Assembly: GCA_951406725.2 (NCBI GenBank)
Contig: CATOCA020000001.1
Location: 11,718,001-11,782,000, forward strand
Direction of reading: 5' to 3'
DNA: 64,000 bases
DNA from: Octopus vulgaris
Lineage: Eukaryota
Shown one piece after another: positions 31,133 through 43,900 of the stretch. The notes beneath the pieces are model-generated. The model saw nothing but the letters and a program-made list of their open reading frames with translations. It did no database searches and was not told the DNA's origin. The translations under genes were made by a program, and so were the position numbers. Each line of letters opens with the position of its first letter. Positions within the stretch are counted from its first letter, which is position 1.

Positions 31133-34100
31133 AATGTTGGTGGTGGTACCTGCATACCCGAAATTGAAAACGGCCTGTTTTATATATATATCGATGAAAT
31201 ACAGTCAGCTGTCCGTATTAGGAGAGAAATAGACTTAGTTTGGATGTGCTACAGATATAATATCACCCATATCTCAGTTATTGCTAATGACAACATCATC
31301 GTCAATACCGAGAGGCTCATCACTATTCTGAACCGTAACGGGCAATATTTATATTCATTTAAGCACAGTATTTATTCCCGACCCATTTCTATGGCAACCG
31401 ATGATACTTATTTGTACATTACTGGACGGAAGAACATCTATGAAAACACGAAAAAGTATCGTATTGTCTCATTGTTGCAGAACGGTGAATAGAAGAGAAT
31501 ATTCTTAAATGAAAGACATTATAAACGTCCGTTGGATTTCAACAGTATTAACTGTAAAGGCCCGAGAATTGTTGCAAACTATGACTCGTATTTATATATT
31601 GAAGGTTTGTACAAGATTAATCGGGAAAAATTCCCCGTTTCACGGTTACAAACAAACAATTGTCCTGTTCAAGTAAAAGATATCGATATCTCTGATGAAG
31701 GAAAGACAGTTGTGTGCGAAATGGCCAATAATGGAAATGTTAAACTATTTGATGAAGACGGGAAGTTGTTATGTTACAGAGATTTTGGAAGTTTTGTTGG
31801 TGGTGTATGTTTTACAGGAGAAAGAAATATCTTGGTCACAGTCCCTAACAGATAAGAAATATTTCAACTGAAGTCACAAAACTTGGAGAAATATAAAGTT
31901 TGGGAAAGTCGAGTACCTTATGGTATAATATGGAGAAAAGTGAGAAATATTTACTGGTGTGTACATATCAACATGATTGAATGTGATACTATAAAAATTG
32001 ATGGGGACCAACTGAAGGTTCTGGAATCTATGTCGTTATCAAATCTTGATTTTGGCCTTCACTTCCCTTCCATTACATCTCAGAAGAAGAAGGGAATGTT
32101 CAGTAATGAATTATTTAACAAACTTAAAAACAGTGGCGATGGAGGAGAAAGAAGAAGTACATCAAGAGAAATAGAAGTAAGACGTGGTAATTACATAGCG
32201 GAAAGTATGTTAGGAATTGATGAAATATCAGTGAGAAGACTGCCACATAGAACAGCAATGTTCCCGCTTTCATTTTCTCTGTCTGGTTTACTAGATTCAA
32301 ATTCGATGTTTTGTTTTCTTAATGCTTTTAAGCTAATTATGTTACAAGACAATAGTATCGTCGTGCTCCTCCATAAATGTACTCTCATGGTCGCCAGTGG
32401 AGACGGTCATCTTCTTTACAGTCAAACATTTGAAAAAGAAGCTCAAGATATATGTCAATGGACCGATGAATCATTTGTAGTCCTCTTTCGTGACGATAAA
32501 CAACTGATGTTCTTCGATACGGAACTGTGTCTTTTAAAAAAGATCACAACTGAAAAACCATACAATTTAATGTACAAAAAGAACGGCAATAATCTGGTAT
32601 GTGTGTTTGAAGACGCTCCAAATGAATGTAGTAATATTCCATATGTGACATACGCAGACATACTTCACATTGGCCGTGAAATGTACGAGTATAAGGGCCA
32701 AGTGAATTTAGGGAAGGAGGGGAAGGTTGTAGCAATGGGTGTGACATCGAATGAAGACATCGTCGTTCTTAAGTACAAGGAAGATCATTACGATGTATGT
32801 TGGCACAGAGACAATTGGGTTAGAAGTCAACAACTAATGATTCAAGGTGAGGAACCATTTCCAAACATTTTCAACAAATCCTTGACCATCCACGGCGAAA
32901 ATATTTACATATCAGATTTTAATAACAATATCCACCAAGTATCTGTAGACAGCAAATGAGAAATCTTTCTCAGCTCTCAGGAAATTGAAGTCTGCCACAT
33001 CAAGGCCATACATGTTTCGGATTATTTCATCATGATTTACGGAAATTTGGACAACCGTTTTGATGGATTATTTTATTATGAGAGATAAGGCCCTAAATTG
33101 AATCAATATATGTTACGGGCAATTGGCATTAGCAGCCTTTTGACTATATTTCTTTATTCGATGGGACGCTTCTGGAATAGTCACACAAAATACGTAGGTT
33201 TTAGCCTGGATCCTTGAACAAAGATAGTTACCATAATGATTTCTAATTAGTTAATTGATAATAAAATATTAATGAACTAGAAACAGTGTATGTATTCCAC
33301 GGGAATATCGTCTCCCCCCCTACACACACAATGACGACATTATCTGATTCAAATTGTTACTCTTACATGTTAACAATCTTATAAAAGAAACACAAAATCT
33401 CCATTTAAATTCTTATCTTGTCTCACCTTGTCGTCTTTCCTCTCAACAAATCTTTCAAATGTTTTTTTCTTTACTTGAATATATTTTATATATTTAACCC
33501 TAATTTAAAGATAATGCTTAATCTTAGAAAGTTTGTTTGAATTTATCACTAAATTATATTCATAAACCAATGCTCGAAATTCTAAAATATATATTACATC
33601 ATACGTTATAGAGCTGTGTGATTCATTTCAATGTAAATAAATAATATATTATTCAACAAAAAGAAGTTGTTTTCCTGATTTTCTTATTTTTTAAAACTGT
33701 TTTGGTATTAATGGGGTTTGATATGTCTAGTTTACAAATCTTTTATACTATTTTAGTATGTCACAGAGAGAATCTGTTCCAAATATTTTGTTGTTGTAAT
33801 TTCGATGAAGAGCAGCCGTTCTAAATGTTTAGTGGCAATACAGAAGAACTTGGTAAGGACTACCACAGATCTTCATTGTAGATTTCGACAAGATTGATAT
33901 AAGCTGTGTAGGTAGAATTTGTAGAGACTGCATGGAATCAGGGATTGTATTGGCCACCTGTCTGAAATATGTTTATAACAACATTAAGTTCATTTACGGA
34001 TGCACGCACACAAACACACACACGCATCCGCAAACATACATACACAGGCATACAGACACACACCGACACATATATACACAGTGGTTGTTCTAAAGAGGAT

Positions 34101-34204
34101 TAAATTTGATTCGTTTGTGTAAGAAACGATGGTCAGGCTATTAGAGAAACCCAACTTAGAATCTCAGACGTTCCCACCGATCATAATGGGTCTCGATTAA
34201 AAAA

Positions 34205-34235
<31 letters not shown>

Positions 34236-34287
34236 ACATACATATATACATATGTACAAGTACACACATCGCCCATGCCATTCTCTT

Positions 34288-34670
34288 TGTCATCATTTAA
34301 CGTCTACTTTTCCATGCTCGCATGGGTCAGACAGAATTTATTGAGGCAGATTTTCTATAGCTGGACGCAATTGCTGGTTCCAGCTCTCACCTGTTCTCAA
34401 GCACGGCAATATTTTCCGACGGCCGGACATGTTTCTGAAGGAAGATTTGAAATGATCGACATCACTTGTATTGATGGTAAGGCCGTTTTTAGTCATCACA
34501 TGATATCAAGTACACACTTGATGAGCTTCTTTCAGTTTCCGTTTACTAAATCCACATACAAATCCTTTAATTAACCTTTGGCCTAAAGGAGAAGATAATA
34601 GCCCAAGTTACCGTAGAGTGGGACTGAACTCGCGACTTAGGAAGAAAGCTTTCGAACCACACAACCATGG
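34288..34670 (-). mobile_element. Degenerate tRNA-derived SINE with an RTE-like tail
   Basis: Contains GCTTCTTTCAGTTTCCGTTTACTAAATCCAC and GCCCAAG...GTGGGACTGAAC, shared with the 13.4, 37.9 and 60.9 kb copies; minus-strand tail GCATGGAAAAGTAGACGTTAAATGATGA. Confidence 0.6.
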
Positions 34671-35399
34671 GTTAGTAATCTTCTTAAGGTCAACATTTAC
34701 ATTTTTGAAACCAATTCTATGCCCTATAGCTGAAATCCCCTTTTTCACAAAACTGAATCGCTTCAAATTGGTTGAAAAGGGTCAGTGCTCCGATACATTT
34801 CAAAATATTAAACTTCATTCAGAGAATTAGCGTAGATGAGATGCAGCTTTTGTTTTATGCCAAGAAGAAATACTACTGAGGCTCAGTTTCAAGCAAGGCA
34901 AGAACAGGGATTGGTTGGACAGAGCTCTCTGACCTACTGTCCGTAACATCCCACCTACACCAGCCTGAAAGAGAGAAGCTGGACATTCCTAGGATGATGT
35001 TGACGACTATGATGATGGTGAAGAAAGAGAATTGTTTGAGTAATATAGGAAATCTCCATCTTTCAAGTTGGTATGACATTGTGTTTGAATGACCCTCCAA
35101 CGTTTTGCTGAATAACAATTATAGAAGCAGGTTTCTATATAAGGGAGTTATGCTGAGCTGGGGGGGGGGGGGTCACCAGTTTCCCTGTACACTGAGTTCA
35201 TCAGGGAATCAAGGAAATTAAAGCCGGCCCTGACTGCCTTGGGGCTGTATTTGTTCAACATCTATTTGTATCATTGGAAGTATAAGATGAGAATGTAGTC
35301 TTTACGTGTAGCAGATGTCCAGGTTCTTTAAACACTAGGAACGTAAAAAAATAGACTCCCTTAAATGTCAGGAGGACCCTTAGAAGTAGCAGACTGTTT

Positions 35400-36150
35400 G
35401 CTTAGGTGGCCAAGAAATGTTGTGGAGTGAGGTTGTTCCAAAAGCATAACTGCTTGAATAAGAATAAGCTGGGCAAAGTTCTGAGAGCTACTACATCTGT
35501 TAGTGACGATAGGTCACTCCCTCTAAGTGAAATGCAGATTGTATGATGCCTATGTACTAACAGCTGCGTTACATGATTGTGAAACATTGGCTGTGACTAG
35601 TGAAGATATGCGAAGGCTTGAAACAAATAAAGCCAGTATGCTCCGCTGGATGAGTAATATCAGTGAGCGTATACAACAGTTTGTAAGTGATTTGAGAGAA
35701 GGACTGTGTATACGAGGCATTAGATGTAGTGTGCAAGAGAGAAGACTGCGCTGGTATGATCATGTAATGAGTATGAATGAAAACTATCTCATCAAGAGGT
35801 GCTGATCTCTAATTGTGAAGGAAACACTGTGGAAGGAGTAGGCCCAAGAAAACGTGGAACAAAATGGGGAGAAATGATCTTCAGACGTTGGGTCTCACAG
35901 AAGGGATGACAAGGACCGAGACACCGGACGGTTTGCTCTGCTTGAGAAAACACGTCAGGCGAAGTAAAATCGTGGTTGATCTTGCATATAGGCATGTCCC
36001 CTGCATCTCTTTTAAGCTGAGCGTACCTAATCTTGTGCGCTCGTGGAGGCTGGTGCAATGTAAACTTCAGCCTCACTGGTGCCACATCAACACAATCAGT
36101 ACACTCTATAAACTGGCTGACGTTAGAAATGGTATCCAGACGTTAGAAAA
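35400..36150 (+). mobile_element. Decayed RTE-clade LINE 3' fragment
   Basis: KCRLYDAYVLTAALHDCETLAVTSEDMRRLETNKASMLRWM...VQERRLRWYDHVM matches the RTE post-RT motif pattern. Confidence 0.75.
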
Positions 36151-36657
36151 AGGATCCACTTACGCGGTGATCTGCTGTCATTCCGCTTACCATCGCTGTC
36201 CGATGATATAAAAAAAAAACAATCTTGCGGGTACCCTTTCATTGGACGAGGTGAAAACCATCGTTAGTTTACGATTAGTGATATTGTTCAGAGAGACTTG
36301 CTTAAGAGAACAGCTACTACAATGCGCTGTGTCTTTCGAAAGACATGAACCAGCATCCGAGGTGTAGTGTAGCTCGGTGTAAAGAACTTAGAAGTATCCG
36401 ACGACATCGGCGACACGAATCACTCGGCAAATGATCAAAACTGAACGGTGCCGGCAAAGATGGATCCCACCACCAAAATATACATCCTCTCGTTTCATGA
36501 CGTCAACATGTGTGTCTATCTGTCTAAGTCTCCCTGGAAGTCGAACCGAAACTAGGGCCGTTTCACCGCCTTTCTCCAGTGAGTTTCTGACTGCTAGCTT
36601 TGTTCGGTGTGTCCGTCTTATAGCTTTGTTGTCATGTTTCCCAAATGACGCTAGACG

Positions 36658-37192
36658 AAAAGAGAAAACCGCGACTTACGAGGCAAGAAAAGAGAGAGAG
36701 AGAGAAAGAAAGAGAGAAAGAAAGGTAGAGAAAAAAGAGTGCGAAAAGGAAAACTGAAAGAGTGAAAGAAAGAAAGAAAAACACAGAAACAAAGGAAGAA
36801 AGAAAGAGGAAGGAATAGTAGAAAGGAGAAAAGAAAGGAAAGAGGACATGAGGAAGGAAATAAAGCAAGGAAAGAAGAGAAATAAAGAAGGAAAGAAGGA
36901 AAGAATGGAAAAAAGGAAGGAAGAATAAACAAACGGCAAAGTTATTTTACGCAGGAGAAAATAAGATTGATAACAAATAAGACAGAGAATGAAAGAGAGA
37001 AAAAAGAAAGAAGGAAGGAAGAAAGTATAGAAGGAAAGAAAGAAAGAGAGAAAAAAGAAAGAAAAGAAGAAAGAAGAGAAAGAAAGGAGGAAGGGAGAAC
37101 GTAAAGAAGGAAATAAAGAAAAACTGACAGAAAGAGAGAAAGAAGGAAGAAAGAACAAAAGAAACAGAGATAGAAGATGGAAAATAGAAAAA

Positions 37193-37228
<36 letters not shown>

Positions 37229-37440
37229 AGGGAGAAAGTAAAGAAGGAAAGAAGGAAAGAAAGAACGAAAGAAAGAAAGAAGGACTGAAAGAAAGCAAGT
37301 TATATTGAAAGAAAGAAGGAAGAAAACAGAAAAAAAGAATGAATGAATGAAAGAAGGAAGGAAATAAGGAAGGAAGGAAAAAAGGAATGAACGAGATTGA
37401 AAGACGTGATAATGGAATAAAGAGAAGGATGAGAGGGAAG
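36658..37440 (+). repeat. Purine-rich (GAAA/GGAA) low-complexity tract
   Basis: Direct reading. Confidence 0.9.
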
Positions 37441-37654
37441 AGATTATCCCAGACGGGGCAAAGATAATTCCTCTTCTTACACCCCGTTCTTCTTTTCAAC
37501 TGAATTACTTTCGGTTGGGTTAAATCGAATCTGTGTCTCTGCGAAGACTTCAGAAAACTGCCAAATATGATTGAATGGAAATAAGAGATCGAACTGATTA
37601 TAAAAGGCAAATAAGTTTAGCGAAGAGGAAACTATTGTTCTATTTAAGTCTTAT

Positions 37655-38000
37655 ATTTTTTACTGGCTTCAGTAATTCGACTGCGGCCATGCTGGGGCAC
37701 CGTTTTGATGAATTTTAATCGCATGAATTACCCCTCTAGATTTTTCTTTTATAATTATGCATACTACTTCTAGTAACGGTGTCTTTTGCCAAACGGCTAT
37801 ACCACAAGGACGTAAACAAAGAAATACTGGTTGTCAAGCGGGGTGGCTTCTCGAACGCAAACACAAAGACACACGCGCACAAACATACAAGCACAAACAC
37901 ATAAGTATGTATGTATATATGTATACGACGGGCTTTTTTCCGTTTCCATCTACCAAATACACTCACGATATTCTGATGGGGCAGAGGTTATAGTAGAAGG
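37655..38000 (-). mobile_element. SINE fragment (family of 60908-61062)
   Basis: GACGGGCTTTTTTCCGTTTCCATCTACCAAATACACTCAC matches the 34.5 and 60.9 kb copies. Confidence 0.55.
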
Positions 38001-38895
38001 GTATCTTTTGAAGCTGTTTATTTAATTGCAAGAGATAAAAGAAACCCCAAACAACATCGGCGAAGAACTTGTATTAGCAGCAGCAATGAAAACATCAATA
38101 ATTATTCATTGAAATAACATGCAGATGAAGCAAGTTAGTCTGTCAAATGATAATGTTGGTATTTGTATTTCAGAAATTAATAATGATTAATTGGAGTAAA
38201 TTATGCGAAGGTTTTTAAACAAAGTCTCTAAACATGCAATTCAATTAGATGAAGCAGCAAAAATTACAAACTATAGTAATTTAGAATAGGGGCCAGGAAG
38301 ATTGGTTCGTTAGATGGAGACTTTGTAGCTAAAAGTAGACGATAGTTTCTCAGAAGTAGGCCTTGGATGGTATAAATGTAATGTAGTATGTAATAAAGAT
38401 GCAGAAGCTATGATAAGGAGGAAAATTGGGGTTCAAGTTAAATTTGTAAGATAAAAACCCTATTTCTGTCACTTATTGCAATCTTCACTGAGAGGTGTTG
38501 GTTTCTCAGAAAATATTTCCAGATACTTTTGCAACATTACAAGAAGCGGTTAAAATTATTAACGTTATTAAAATTCTTGTTCTCAATAGTTTCCTCTTCG
38601 GTGAGAAAATGGCATCCAATTTCAGCAAAATTTTATGAAGAACAGAAGTGTGATGAATCTGAAATGGAGGAGCCTTGAAACAATTGTTAGAACTTTAAGA
38701 AAATGAAGACATAATATTCATACTGGGATTAAATTCAGATTTGTTCCACAATGAAGATTCGTTATACAAATTATTCTATTTGTCAGACATTTTTGGACAA
38801 CTTAATAAACGTAATATGTCTGTACAAAAGGGAAAAACACTGAAATTTCTTATTTAAATAAAAGATTCAAGCTTTCATTTAAGAAAAATGAAACA
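38000..38895 (+). mobile_element. Decayed hAT (Buster/Charlie-like) transposase fragment
   Basis: Fragmented motifs in the expected order: SFEAVYLIARDK, NIGEELV, VSLSNDNV, AIQLDEA, LHxEV, LQEAVKIINVIK, YLSDIFGQLNK; many stops and frameshifts; no TIRs recognised. Confidence 0.7.
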
Positions 38896-39735
38896 CATGG
38901 TGGATCGTAAAGACAGATGCCACTTCCCCGTAGCTGAATTTCGTCGAGATACCTGTGCATCTGTCTCAATCTTCCACCACCGACCAGATATTTCTGCCGT
39001 CGACCGACATGCTGTTAACAATGGGAACCGGCTTCTTACACATTTTATGCCGTTGATGCTTGAAGGAGTCGACGCTTAGGGTAGATGTCAGCTGCAGATG
39101 GACAGCTACTTTCTCTGTCATTGTCGGTCTTAGGTCAGGTGAGGATGATTCTGATGGTTGGGTAGGGCTGCAACATAACACTCAGAGAGAAAGAGAGAGC
39201 GAGACAGAGAGAAAGAAAGAAAGCATTAGAGAAAGAAAGAAAAAGAGAAAGAGAGAAAGAGAAAGAGAGAAAGAGAGAGAAATGTTAGTGAGGAAAAGAG
39301 ACGACTCAGATGGTGCTTGGATTTGACGGTAATGTCCCACCGACACGCACAGATGCGGGAGAGGACAGCCGAGAAGCTTTCCGATTGGAACAGCGATTTC
39401 CAGCAGAAGACCCGTGTTGGGAAGGCAGCCATTCTCACAGATGTGTGCGACGCACCGAATTTGTTTCCTCATAACTCCCCGCCAAACGGACAATATTTAG
39501 TTAAATTTTCTGTAAATACGCTTCAGATGGTAATCATTCTGATTATATCGGAATTTGTAGCGAAACAAATTTGTTTGTGGGCGGAAAGATGAGTTTCGTA
39601 AAATTCACACGAATTGTCTGTGTTTGCTCAGAACTTTAACAAAAATGGGTTATTTTCTAATGTAATTTTCTACAAATACGTTACAGTGTGTGTAAAATGC
39701 GATTATATTGGAATTTAATGTGGAAAGAAAAAATG

Positions 39736-39778
<43 letters not shown>

Positions 39779-40991
39779 ACTCTGACGCACATCACACTTT
39801 TCTTCGAAATTTCTAGTTTCCTTTTGTCGATATGTGACCTGTTGTACTATGTATGTGTAATAATCCACCAAATTAATTTTCTCATATTCATTTCCAATAT
39901 AATTGTAATCGACACACTCTGAAAGGCATTTATAGAAAATTCCATTAAAAATTTACTATTTTTCTGAAAGTTATGAAAAAATCCAGACGCCTTGTGTGAA
40001 TTTTCCAAAACTCCTCACATCGAAGTAGGAAAAATGTTTTCATCAAATATTCCGATATACTCGCAATTAACAGCATCAGAAGCTCAGGTTTAGAAAATAT
40101 AATTTAAAATCTCCAATTTCTGGAAGCTCTGAGGCAGGAAATTCGGGTGTCAAACATCTGAAGCAATACCGAAAGGCATTTAATATCTTCATAACCGTCG
40201 AGATGCGTCAATTTCCGTCGATTTCCGTTCTCGTAGCTGTTTCCCCGCAACACAGCTCCGTCACACATCCATGGGACCGGCCTGCGATGAGTAAAAACAG
40301 TGTGTCGAGATGTTTCGGTGGTCGAGGCGTCGTCACTATGAGCTGAATTGTTCTCCGTTAGATGGCATTCACTTGTTTCCTGTTCTATTCTCATCACTTC
40401 CGGTCTGATCCCTTTCCTTCTCGAAGTTTACTTTCACATTTTTGCAGCTTAAAATAGGACGACAACCAGTGCACGGCTGCACTTTCATTGCATATTCTTG
40501 CTCCCTTCTATTTGTAGTGGACAGTCAATGGCTAATCTTTGCAGTTTTCTGACCAAATGCCAATTATAAAATAGAAACTATTAGATTGAGGGAAATGTCC
40601 GCGCGTCGTGTTAAAATAATGATTTTCTTATGCAAGAATTTATTCAAAAGCAACAAATATTCTTCAAAATAAAGACGAAACGCACGAACTTTTTCCTCAA
40701 CTTAATAAATAAATTTTGAAGCAATTAAACAAATAAGAGGTTTCATTTAGTATGCGATGTTTGGCTGCTATTTCTAGCAGCTGCCTCCACAATAGGTGCA
40801 GGGTGCAGTGTGAAGATTACGAGGAGGAAATTAAGGGGTAAGAATTGCAATATTAAACCCTTCGATCTATTATTTACATTAAATCATTTTTGGAAATCTT
40901 CAAATTCTGCGCAAGAAAAAAATTCAATTTAAAGCGAAAAGAGATTCAATAAGAGTTATTGTTCTTACCCTTTCAACGTTCCCTTGCTTTT

Positions 40992-43900
40992 ACATTTATA
41001 AAACTTTTCCCGGATCTGGTCAGACTTCTTCCGCGAATGAGAAACCAAGTGAAGAAGCGTCTATAAAACGTATTGGTGGTCTCATCTCTGCTAGAAATAA
41101 CCGCCCACTACACTCATTGCTTTGTTTTTCATACGAAATTGAAAGACAATTTAAGAAACATTTATAAAACTTTTTCCCGGATCTGGTCAGACTTCTTTCC
41201 GCGAATGAGAAACCAAGTGAAGAAGCGTCTATAAAACGTATTGGTGGTCTCATCTTGCTAGAAATAACTCTCCCACTACACTCAAAGTTGCTTTGTTTTT
41301 CATACGAAATTGAAAGACAATTTAAGAAGCATTTATAAAACTTTTTCCCGGATCTGGTCAGACTTCTTCTCTCGAATGAGAAACCAAGTGAAGAAGCGTC
41401 TATAAAACGTATTGTGGTTTGACATCATCCTCCTACACGTGGTTTGACATCATGCTAGAAATAACAGCCCACTACACTCAAAGTTGCTTTGTTTTTCATA
41501 CGAAATTGAAAGACAATTTAAGAAGCATTTATAAAACTTTTTCCCGGATCTGATCAGACTTCTTCCTCGAAGGAGAAACCAAGTGAAGAAGCGTCTATAA
41601 AACGTATTGGTGGTCTCTTATCTGGCTAGAAATAACCGCCCACTACACTCAAAGTTGCTTTGTTTTTCATACGAAATTGAAAGACAATTTAAGAAGCATT
41701 TATAAAACTTTTTCCCGGATCTGATCAGACTTCTTCCTCGAAGGAGAAACCAAGTGAAGAAGCGTCTATAGAACGTATTGGTGGTCTCTTATCTTGCTAG
41801 AAAGAACCGCCCACTACACTCAAAGTTGCTTTGTTTTTCATACGAAATTGAAAGACAATTTAAGAAGCATTTATAAAACTTTTTCCCGGATCTGGTCAGA
41901 CTTCTTCCTCGAAGGAGAAACCAAGTGAAGAAGCGTCTATAAAACGTATTGGTGGTCTCTTATCTTGCTAGAAATAACCGCCCACTACACTCAAAGTTGC
42001 TTTGTTTTTCATACGAAATTGAAAGACAATTTAAGAAGCATTTATAAAACTTTTTCCCGGATCTGATCAGACTTCTTCCTCGAAGGAGAAACCAAGTGAA
42101 GAAGCGTCTATAAAACGTATTGGTGGTCTGGCATCTTGCTAGAAATAACAGCCCACTACACTCAAAGTTGCTTTGTTTTTCATACGAAATTGAAAGACAA
42201 TTTAAGAAGCATTTATAAAACTTTTTCCCGGATCTGATCAGACTTCTTCCTCGAAGGAGAAACCAAGTGAAGAAGCGTCTATAAAACGTATTGGTGGTCT
42301 GGCATCTTGCTAGAAATAACAGCCCACTACACTCAAAGTTGCTTTGTTTTTCATACGAAATTGAAAGACAATTTAAGAAGCATTTATAAAACTTTTTCCC
42401 GGATCTGGTCAGACTTCTTCCGCGAATGAGAAACCAAGTGAAGAAGCGTCTATAAAACGTATTGGTGGTCTGGCATCTTGCTAGAAATAACCGCTCACTA
42501 CACTCAAAGTTGCTTTGTTTTTCATACGAAATTGAAAGACAATTTAAGAAGCATTTATAAAACTTTTTCCCGGATCTGGTCAGACTTTTTCCTCGAAGGA
42601 GAAACCAAGTGAAGAAGCGTCTATTAAACGTATTGGTGGTCTCATCGTGCTAGAAATAACCGCCCACTACACTCAAAGTTGCTTTGTTTTTCATACGAAA
42701 TTGAAAGACAATTTAAGAAACATTTATAAAACTTTTTCCCGGATCTGGTCAGACTTCTTCCGCGAATGAGAAACCAAGTGAAGAAGCGTCTATAAAACGT
42801 ATTGGTGGTCTCTTATCTTGCTAGAAATAACCGCCCACTACACTCAAAGTTGCTTTGTTTTTCATACGAAATTGAAAGACAATTTAAGAAGTCATTTATA
42901 AAACTTTTTCCCGGATCTGGTCAGACTTCTTCCTACGAATGAGAAACCAAGTGAAGAAGCGTCTATAAAACGTATTGGTGGTCTGGCATCTTGCTAGAAA
43001 TAACCGCCCACTACACTCAAAGTTGCTTTGTTTTTCATACGAAATTGAAAGACAATTTAAGAAACATTTATAAAACTTTTTCCCGGATCTGGTCAGACTT
43101 CTTCCGCGAATGAGAAACCAAGTGAAGAAGCGTCTATAAAACGTATTGGTGGTCTGGCATCTTGCTAGAAATAACCGCCCACTACACTCAAAGTTGCTTT
43201 GTTTTTCATACGAAATTGAAAGACAATTTAAGAAGCATTTATAAAACTTTTTCCCGGATCTGGTCAGACTTCTTCCCGAATGAGAAACCAAGTGAAGAAG
43301 CGTCTATAAAACGTATTGGTGGTCTGGCATCTTGCTAGAAATAACAGCCCACTACACTCAAAGTTGCTTTGTTTTTCATACGAAATTGAAAGACAATTTA
43401 AGAAGCATTTATAAAACTTTTTCCCGGATCTGATCAGACTTCTTCCTCGAAGGAGAAACCAAGTGAAGAAGCGTCTATAAAACGTATTGGTGGTCTCTTA
43501 TCTTGCTAGAAATAACCGCCCACTACTCTCAAAGTTGCTTTGTTTTTCATACGAAATTGAAAGACAATTTAAGAAGCATTTATAAAACTTTTTCCCGGAT
43601 CTGGTCAGACTTCTTTTACGAATGAGAAACCAAGTGAAGAAGCGTCTATAAAACGTATTGGTGGTCTGGCATCTTGCTAGAAATAACCGCCCACTACACT
43701 CAAAGTTGCTTTGTTTTTCATACGAAATTGAAAGACAATTTAAGAAACATTTATAAAACTTTTTCTCGGATGTGGTCAGACTTCTTCCGCGAATGAGAAA
43801 CCAAGTGAAGAAGCGTCTATAAAACGTATTGGTGGTCTCTTATCTGGCTAGAAATAACCGCCCACTACACTCAAAGTTGCTTTGTTTTTCATACGAAATT

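Noticed and set aside
31490-32959. Rescue of in-frame stops by A-to-I editing or readthrough
   Set aside because: Three different stop types plus two frameshifts and a SINE insertion are more simply explained by pseudogenisation.
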